64,000 bases of DNA from the NCBI GenBank assembly GCA_964016885.1, contig OZ024743.1, positions 147,498,001 through 147,562,000 of the forward strand, written 5' to 3'. Within the stretch, counting starts at the first letter, position 1; each line of letters opens with the position of its first letter. The notes under the pieces were generated by a model. The model saw only the letters and a program-made list of their open reading frames with translations. It made no database searches and had not been told where the DNA came from. The position numbers were made by a program, and so were the translations under genes. Of this stretch, positions 55,465-64,000 are shown in pieces. Source of the DNA: Eledone cirrhosa (lineage: Eukaryota).

Positions 55465-56470
55465 ATATATTATAAAGCTGACGGTCGTATGTAGGTAACA
55501 CACTTTTCGCCAAACGGCTGGACCAGAAAACACCACATTTGCACAACAGATGTAACTTCTTCAAAGTAAGAAAGTGAGGGTATTTTCGTTTTCTAAATTT
55601 CGTTGAAAAGTTTAAAGATATGTTATCGTTTATTTAAATATTCAATTCTTTAAAATTTTCAAGTGTCAACACTTCCGGTTGTCTTCACGAACCAAAGTAT
55701 TGTGTTCCTGTTTTCCTTCAGTTGCAACGTTTTTCGAAATATTTTCTTCTGCGTTCACATATTTTTTTTTTTGTTTCAGAAGATCCCGCTAAGGGTGAAA
55801 GCAGCGATTATTTGCTTAAACTTTAATCTTTTATTTTGATATATATATATGTATATATAATTATATATTCGCGTACAGATATTTTTGCATACACAAAAAC
55901 AAAATATAAACAAACGTATTTATTTCACGAAAGCACATATGGCTTATCGTCATTGTTACTGCTGATATGCCGCCAATAAATTCCCAGCCTGGCCGCAAGA
56001 TTAGATTTTCCAGAAGAAAAAATGTCACTAGAGCAACAGAGAGTCTAAGCTTTGCGATTACCATCAATAAAGCTCATGGTCAATTGTATGTAGGATGCTC
56101 CAGGGTGAGCTCGCCAAACAATCTCTTCATCTTTGCTCCCGAGGGCCGAACAAAAAATATTGTATACTCTGAGGCTCTGACAATGTAATTTATGTATTTT
56201 CTGTTACTTGGAATTTCCATTATGGTTGTACAAATTATTGTAAAGTTTGTTAAAAATGTATTCTCTGTTCAGCCTTTATTGTTGTAACTATCAATTTTCT
56301 TTAACGTACTGGCTGCTGAACTGGGGAATTATATAAGCCCAACACCAGAACACGTTAACTCCCCCGCCCCCACCCTCACTGACTTGAGAGGGCGTGCGGT
56401 ATCTCTGCACTGGAGTGAAAAGTGAAATGCCGGTATACCTAGCCGGACGCCAGGCCGATGGGCCAGCTAG
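55465..56470 (+). mobile_element. Internally deleted Helitron with Pif1-helicase C-terminal remnant
   Basis: FAITINKA|HGQLYVGCSRV...TKNIVYSEAL; GC-rich 3' tract ending CTAG|T at 56470; Helitron-like 5' TATAAAGCTG...AAACGGCTGGACC. Confidence 0.85.
55773..55821 (+). ncRNA. Hammerhead-like motif, U4A variant, nested in the Helitron
   Basis: GTTT-CAGAAGA-TCCCgctaaGGGT-GAAA-GCAGcgattatTTGC-TT^AAAC; all three stems pair. Confidence 0.72.
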
Positions 56471-56494
56471 TATATATATATATATATATATATG

Positions 56495-56563
<69 letters not shown>

Positions 56564-56853
56564 AGTCCATAGAATCCATTAGATAAAATATATACAGTAT
56601 TTCTTCTCCCAATCTGCATAAATCAGCCACACAAAAAATCATTTAAACGAGGCTATAAGTTTAAAATATACTTATGAAGAAATAATAGGTAAATGATATA
56701 ACTTATTATCCGCGACTCACAGCTACAGAAAATTTATCCAGTCTTTCTGATAGCCTGTAGAAATTGATTAGACATATAGTTAACCATACATAATTAGGTA
56801 CAAAATTAAAGTTAGAAGAAAAAATGTACATAAACATACCAAAATCATCAACA

Positions 56854-56938
56854 TATCTCTACTACCGGCAGTTTCATTCCATCTTTGGTTATATCCGATC
56901 TTGGATAAATCAACGAGATTGGAAATCATCAGGAGATA
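56854..56938 (-). ncRNA. Type I hammerhead ribozyme, long stem II
   Basis: Minus strand: TATCTC-CTGATGA-TTTCC[..]GGAAT-GAAA-CTGCCGGTAG-TA^GAGATA. Confidence 0.93.
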
Positions 56939-57348
56939 AACTCAATTGGACAAAGATTTTTCTTACAAAATCTCCGCCAGAAACGAATTCAAAATGGCTA
57001 AGAATCGTCACGTGGCTAGTGGTCAAGGCAGAAAGTTTGTGATTGGTGCCTGTAGGCGAGTAGGCTGGTTGCTAGAGAGCGCAGCCAAATATGATTTCCA
57101 ATCTCGTTGATTTATCAAAGATCGGATATATCCAAAAATGGAATGAAACTGCCGGTAGTAGAGATATTTTGATGATTTGGGTATGTTTATGTACAATTTT
57201 TCTTCTAACTTTAATTTTGTACCTAATTATGTATGGTTAACTATATGTCTAGTCAATTCCTACAGGCTATCAGAAATACTGGATACATTTTCTGTAGCTG
57301 CGAGTCGCGGATAATAAGCTATATCATTTACCTATTATTTCTTCATAA

Positions 57349-57538
57349 GGGCGGTGAATTGGCAGTATCAGTAGAGGGTTGGACGCCATGCTTTCTATCT
57401 CAGTTACGTCCCTTTACGGTCCGAGTTCAAATCCCGCCGAGGTTAACTTTGCCTTTCATCCTTACGAGGTCGATAAAATAAAGTACCAGTAATGTACTGG
57501 GTAATTGCTGGCCTTGTGCCTAAAGTAGAAACAATTAT
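57349..57538 (+). mobile_element. tRNA-derived SINE with 15 bp TSD
   Basis: ATTATTTCTTCATAA at 57334-57348 and 57534-57548; the empty site is visible in the opposite arm (~56672). Confidence 0.95.
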
Positions 57539-57785
57539 TTCTTCATAAATATGTTTTAAACTTATAGCCACGTTTAAATGATTTTTTTGTGTGGTTTATT
57601 TATGTTGATTGGGAGAAGAAATACTATATATATTTTATCTAATGATTCTATGGACTTATTCTTTATATATTGCTCTGATTGCTAATTATTTATTTAATTA
57701 ATTCGTCATTGAGCTATACCGTCAATGGTTGCCAAAAATATACATATATCTATTGCTCTGTCTAGTTTTGTGTATATACCCTTTA

Positions 57786-57834
<49 letters not shown>

Positions 57835-57976
57835 TATTGAAGTTTCCGTTGAAAATTGAAAAAGTCATAGGAATGAAGAGTACTCTATGTAAGTACCAGT
57901 ACCGTCTTAACGGCATTCCTGTCTTAACGACATCACAACTTTCTCCGCTTGGCCTGTTCCCTCCCTTTTGGAACTG

Positions 57977-58012
57977 TCCCCCGTTGATGGGCGTGAGCCC
58001 GAAATATTGGGA
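57977..58012 (+). ncRNA. Degenerate minimal hammerhead-like motif
   Basis: TCCC-CCGTTGA-T-GGGCgtgaGCCC-GAAA-TA-TT^GGGA; two core substitutions. Confidence 0.45.
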
Positions 58013-58240
58013 TTAAATCTCCACTACGGTAACCCTTCTCCCTTTGTTTTGTTTTCATCTTTGTCTCTCTCAATTTTCACTTTCACCTGTTTTTCCTATC
58101 TATCTTTCACTTCCTACCTCGAGATTTCCCTCTGCATTGTTGTGGCTTTCTTAACTACGTATTTTATATATATATATATATATAGAGAGAGAGGGAGTGA
58201 ATAGATATACAATTTAGCTTCAGTCATATTTGCATACACA

Positions 58241-58678
58241 TATGTATTGGAATTTCGGAATTTCAGAATAAATATGATATGCTTAAAATAAACATTTAGA
58301 GAGCCGTAGCTATGCCAAAACACCAGCGACTAACGTCGTCCGGCGGTGTACACCAGAAGCAAAGGGGACAATCTTGGATGCATATTTCGAACTGAACTGG
58401 TTCTCATATACAAATGAGATTAATCACCTCATTTACACAGACGCGAAAACCATATATTCTCGCCTGTTTTCAAAGTCTAGCTGTTCCAAGAGTAGGAGGG
58501 ACCGTGCTTATGAGAACCAGTTCAGTTCGAAATGCGCATCCACGATCGCCCCCCTTGCTTCTGCTCAACACTGCCAGACGACGTCAGTCACTCGTGTTTT
58601 GGCATAGCCGCTACGGGTCTCTAAATGTTTATTTTAAATATACCGTATTTCTTCTGAAATACGAAATTCTAATGCATA
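58241..58678. repeat. ~165 bp-arm diverged inverted repeat with ~100 bp spacer
   Basis: ...TTTCGAACTGAACTGGTTCTCATA pairs with TATGAGAACCAGTTCAGTTCGAAA... Confidence 0.9.
58503..58544 (+). ncRNA. Type I hammerhead with G5U substitution (probably inactive)
   Basis: CGTG-CTTATGA-GAACcagttcaGTTC-GAAA-TGCGCA-TC^CACG. Confidence 0.75.
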
Positions 58679-58679
58679 C

Positions 58680-58746
<67 letters not shown>

Positions 58747-58747
58747 C

Positions 58748-58787
58748 ATATACATAAACTAGACAGAGCCATATATATATATATATT

Positions 58788-58868
<81 letters not shown>

Positions 58869-59895
58869 TTTTGGCAACCATTCACGGTGTGGCTCAATGA
58901 CGAATTAATTAATTAAATAATCAACAATCAGAGCAATATACAAGAAAGTATGTCCATAGAATCATTTGATAAAATATATACATTATTTCCTCTCCCAATC
59001 AGCATAATCAACCACACAAAAAATCAATTAAACAAGGCTATACGTTTAAAAAGCATCTATGAAGAAACAATAGATAAATAAACGATAGCTATTTTATCCG
59101 CGATCAACAGCCACAGAATATTTACCCAATATTTCTAATAGCCCGTGGAAATCGATTAGATATATAGCCAACCATACACAATTAGGGACAAAATCAAAGT
59201 TGGAAGAAAAAATCTATATAAGCATACCAAAATTATGTCTCTACCTCATCAGGTTTCATTCGCTTTTTGGAAATATCCGAGCAAGGTTAAATTCAGGAGT
59301 TTCGAAATCATCAGGAAACAAACTCAATTGGACAAAGATTTTTCTTCAATGATCCCCGCCAGAAACGTATTCAAAATGGCTAAGAACTGTGACGTGGCTA
59401 GTGGTCAAGTCAGAAAGTTTGTGATTGGTGCCTTACGGCGAGTGGGCTGGCTGCTAGAAAGCGCAGCCGAATATTGCCTAAATTGTTTCTCAACCATATG
59501 GGATATTATAAAATATATAGATTTAGATATACATAAATTAGACAGAGCAATATACATTTGATAAAATATATACAGTCTTTCCTCTCGCAATCAGCACAAT
59601 CAAACAATGCTTATATACATTTTTTCTTCTAACTTTAACTTTGTACCTAATTGTGTATGGTTGTCTATATATCTAATCGATTTCCACGGGCTATTAGAAA
59701 TATTGGGTAAATATTCTGTGGCTGTTGACCGCGGATAAAATAGCTATCGTTTATTTATCTATTGTTTCTTCATAGATGCTTTTTAAACTTATAGCCTTGT
59801 TTAATTGATTTTTTGTGTTGTTGATTATGCTGATTGGGAGAGGAAATACTGTATTTATTTTATCAAATGATTCTATGGACATACTTTCTTGTATA
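58748..59895. mobile_element. Diverged relative of the 56559 element, again with an inverted arm (59606-59895)
   Basis: Colinear similarity to 56559-57090 and 57540-57775; TAGACAGAGC terminus repeated at ~58760 and ~59539. Confidence 0.88.
59236..59320 (-). ncRNA. Type I hammerhead ribozyme
   Basis: Minus strand: TGTTTC-CTGATGA-TTTCG[..]CGAAT-GAAA-CCTgatgAGG-TA^GAGACA. Confidence 0.93.
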
Positions 59896-59950
59896 TATAT
59901 ATATATATATATATATACAAGGGTGTGTATGATTGTGTATAGAAGATTAT

Positions 59951-60468
59951 ATTCATAAAAGGAATTCCAACTTTGTCTGATTTGCCCGTTTTATTTACAA
60001 TCCTTTAAAATATATAATTGTTTCTACGTTTGGCACAAGGCCAGCAATTAACCAGTGCATTACTGGTACTTTATTTTATCGACCCCGTAAGGATGAGAGG
60101 CAAAGTTATCCTCGGCGGGATTTGAACTCAGAATGGCAAGAGCCGAAACTCTATGCGTCAAAGCATGGCGTCGACCCTCTACCGATACTGCCAATCCACC
60201 GCCCTTAAAATATATAATGGTATTAGAATGAAATAGTATGGTAGAATATTAAATGTTAAGTGTTAATTAAACAAGTACTTTCATGTTTTCAATTAACACT
60301 TAACATTTAATATCCTACCATACTATTTCATTCTAATACAATTATGTTCAATTAACACTTAACATTTAATATTCTACCATACTATTTCATTCTAAAACCA
60401 TTATAAATTTTAAAGGATTGTAAATAAAACGAGTAAATCAGACAAAGCTGGAATTCCTTTTATTAATA
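59951..60468. repeat. Inverted repeat with a SINE in the left arm and a ~58 bp duplication in the right arm
   Basis: AAAAGGAATTCCAACTTTGTCTGATTT pairs with AAATCAGACAAAGCTGGAATTCCTTTT; TTCAATTAACACTTAACATTTAATAT occurs twice. Confidence 0.9.
60015..60204 (-). mobile_element. tRNA-derived SINE with 14 bp TSD
   Basis: TTAAAATATATAAT at 60005-60018 and 60205-60218. Confidence 0.95.
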
Positions 60469-60474
60469 TATATA

Positions 60475-60538
<64 letters not shown>

Positions 60539-61472
60539 GTGAGATAATGTTTTTATGGAATGTTACATATGTTTCAGAGATAATTGACTCTGTGTTTTTA
60601 TCGACGTGGGAGGCCTAACTCCAGTATCGATCTGCTCTTCAGGTCTGTGGAGTCAAATCAAAACATTTTCATCTCCAGCGTCCAGAAATCAACAAACGTA
60701 CTGAGCACACACGTGTCTTGGCAAAAGAAGGTTGAGAAAATTTCCCATGTCCTTTTATTTTAAATATATTTGGCTGTTATCTCTTCCGGGTTATGCAATC
60801 ACATGCAATAACCTTCCTTGCAAATGGAACTGATATATTGATGATAAGAACAACAAAAATATTGTCTACGTCCAAAAATGAAAAGTCGGATAATGATGCC
60901 GTTGATGTTGTCATTGATAATGACGATGGTGACCACGAGGACGCTAACGATGACAATGTTGACAACAATGACGGCAATGACAATCGGGTTTAAATCTATT
61001 ACAGTGGCGACGAAGGAGATAATGGTGATGTAGAATATGATGGTTCGAATGAAGGGTGGGACACAGGCGTAGTGGTTAGGATTTCTGTCTGTTCCTACTG
61101 AACTTAAATGTCCTTCAGTTTAATGTTACATAGCGGACACATAGTTATGTCTAGGCTGCAGAAACAAAGACATATAAAACCCCTCTGACACATATATATA
61201 TACGCGCACATACATGCACAGGCATGCGTACTCAGAGACAAATGAGTGCATACACGAACATAAACACTAACACACATACACACGTAAAGAATCTTGAAGA
61301 CACAAATACAAATACACAACCAAACAGATTTACTCACACACATACCCACAACTAAACAAAATATGCACAAACACAGTCATACAAGAAAGCACTCACACAA
61401 ATACTCGTACTGGCAAATTTGTGTAATCACAATCTCTTTCCTCCGTATGATAAAAGTGCTTGCTTATATAAG

Positions 61473-61940
61473 GGTTTCTACTATAGGCACAAGGCTAACA
61501 ATATGAAGGGGAGGGGAAAGTCGATTAAATCAACCCCAGTGCATTTTTGATGCTTTATTTATCAACTCCACAAGGATGAAAAGAAAAGCTAACCTCGGCA
61601 AGATTTGAACTCAGAATGTAATGGGCTGTAACTCAAAGCTACAAAGCAGGGTGTCCGGTGCTCTATCGATACTGTCAATCCACGTCGATTTCTAAAGAAT
61701 GCGTGCAACAAAATATAGCAATAATAACACTAATAATTTCTAAATTTGATACGAGGCCAGTAGTTTATGCGAGGGAAAGATCATTTAAATTGACTCAAGT
61801 ATTTGACTATGAATTTATTTTATCGGCCTCTGGAATTTGAAAAGCCAAGTTGACCTCAACGGGATTTGAAAACAGAACGTCAAGCACCGTAATTTAATAC
61901 TGCAAGCCATTTTGTAGGATGCTATAACGATTCTGTCACA
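61473..61940 (-). mobile_element. Two older, diverged SINE copies (61473-61684, 61733-61940)
   Basis: Recognisable GATTTGAACTCAGAA / GGATGAAA motifs with many substitutions. Confidence 0.7.
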
Positions 61941-62189
61941 AATGAATATATAATTGTTTCGGCTACTCAGTGCAGGTCTCTTGTAGTTGGTGTATTGGAA
62001 ACTTCATCCCAGTAATGTTCTTATCTGGTCATAACTCGCGTTGGACGTTTTGTCAGTAATTCTTTTCTGTGTAAGAGCTACCAGCAATCGTTGATATTTT
62101 GCACGAATATACTGTCCAATTCAATCATAAAACGAAAGTCATGTTACATATACTGAAGAATTCTCCAGTGTCAATGCCTACCATCTTTA

Positions 62190-62780
62190 TAGATGGATAT
62201 ACAGTTGAATGCGTCTAAAACTGTATGTACCTCTGTACCAAAACACCTCACTGCAATTGCATCAATAAAGAAGTCGTGCGTCCAATACACAAGGTGAGAG
62301 GAAGGGTCAAGAAGCTCAAGAATTCTAATCAAATTGCAGTCATTTCCCTTAAAAACACTTCGTCAGATACTCAAGATTGATTGTCAAGACGGATATCGAA
62401 CCTGGACGTTTTGGAATGCAGCGGAATCATGATCATAACAATAATACACCAAGTTATTTTGCTTTGAGTTGGAGATGTCAGACCAAATAGCAATAGACTG
62501 GCAAAAGCCATCCTCTATGGTGAGCATAAATGTGGAACAAAAAGGTTCAAGACTAGTTTCAATAGACCATGGCTCTGCAAAATTCCCTTTTCAACTGGAA
62601 AAATGCAGCACAGGACAGCCAATGCTGGTGATCTCTTACAAAACACCTTTCAGAGCTGTCTAAACTTTACACTGACTAAAGAGGAGAGAAAGCCTCGTTG
62701 TTGTGTGCCCCGTATTGAAATATCATCCATGTATGTTCCCATGACCGGCTGCCATGATGAGAAACATCATTCTCGACATC
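62190..62780 (+). mobile_element. RTE-clade LINE C-terminal fragment
   Basis: LRQILKI..QD..SNLDV and AKAILYGE..CG, typical of RTE post-RT regions; frameshifted. Confidence 0.65.
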
Positions 62781-62995
62781 GACAATCTGTAAATAAAAGA
62801 AGAAAATAGATGTGTAACCCGTCCCACATGCTCAAGAAAAATACTAAACATATATTACAGAAATAGTGATATAAAATATGACTAGTTTCTAGAATGCTTG
62901 AATCAAGAGACACTTGGCCTCGCATTACAGGTTTAATTATTAATGTAAAACAATCATAACTAAAAAAACATTCTCATCATATATATATGTAAATA

Positions 62996-63026
<31 letters not shown>

Positions 63027-63033
63027 CATATAC

Positions 63034-63131
<98 letters not shown>

Positions 63132-64000
63132 TATATATATATTATTTTATTATTATATGGCGATAAAAATGGTACAAACGAATTCTGAGCTTCAGCTATC
63201 CGCTCTAGATTGGCTATTGAAGATATTACAAATATTATCGGAAATTCTATTTTTCGGTATTTTTAGGATACCAACTGAGAACGTTCAGAATATAAGTTCA
63301 CCTACTGGGAACATTATCTAACTGGACAAGAGGCGAGTGACAAGCCAAAATATATTAGTTCCTGTCAAGGGACGAATAACAAAACAGAGCATAATTACAT
63401 AAAACAATTAGCAGGAGTGAGACAAGAAAATAGAACGTTAACACAAACGAATAAGCTGAAAGGGGAGCATTGAAACTGCCATAGACAAATTAAAGGAGCC
63501 AGTCAGGGAACTGAAAACAGAGGTGACATGAAGGAATACGGCACCAAAGCAAATGAAATTTGGCCTTGATGCCAGAGAGAGAAGAGGGAGTTATGGTTGG
63601 ATAATGAAGGGTCGAGAATTCGTGAGAAAAGTATGGAAGGTCAGAAAGTTAGAAATGGTCACGGTGGTTAATATGAAAGCAAGTTTAGTATGAATGCGGT
63701 GTAGGACTGGAACATTCTGTAAATCAAATATTAGACGATACAAACTGAATTAATAAACCATTTCCAAGGATATCACATATAGCAAAGGAAATCCTAGTTT
63801 TCAGCACCTTAAGGATGGTAACAACAACGGTAAAAATATGTGCCGGCTACGAGGAGAAATATCATAGCAGCTGTTCGAAATCAGACAGGTCAAAGAATGA
63901 CTAATAAAATCGAGTGTAAACTTTCGATTACATAACATAATTAACACGAGAGAGAGAGATAAGAAAATACAACGTTACCTAGACGAATAAGCATGCCTGC

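Larger units (their letters stand above)
56559..57775. mobile_element. PLE-type inverted-repeat insertion (~370 bp arms, ~160 bp spacer; right arm interrupted by a SINE)
   Basis: AATAAGTCCATAGAATC... pairs with ...GATTCTATGGACTTATT; the right arm continues to ~57775. Confidence 0.92.

Noticed and set aside
63170-63750. Purine-rich stretch resembling a decayed LINE C-terminus
   Set aside because: No diagnostic motif could be read with confidence.

Overview
AT-rich, microsatellite-laden, repeat-dominated eukaryotic DNA with no recognisable host exon. The SINE family and (TA)n/(CA)n/(GA)n load suggest an octopus/coleoid intron or intergenic region (inference). It contains a decayed L1/Tx1-type LINE plus a second L1 fragment, fragments of RTE and CRE-type LINEs, mariner and hAT remnants, three Helitron-type elements and about 16 copies of one tRNA-derived SINE. 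The main signal is a dense set of Penelope-like element (PLE) remnants inserted in (TA)n. They form 0.1-1.1 kb inverted repeats and 419-476 nt tandem units, and by eye carry about 25 type I hammerhead ribozyme (HHR) motifs (intact, variant or degenerate) from more than 10 unrelated sequence families. Several copies show compensatory base changes. Recurrent non-canonical features are a U-U stem II closure, U4A, a U3-A8 swap and palindromic stem III. Inversion/truncation junctions repeatedly fall in the ribozyme core or stem II. All structures were read manually; coordinates of decayed elements are approximate and no activity has been tested.
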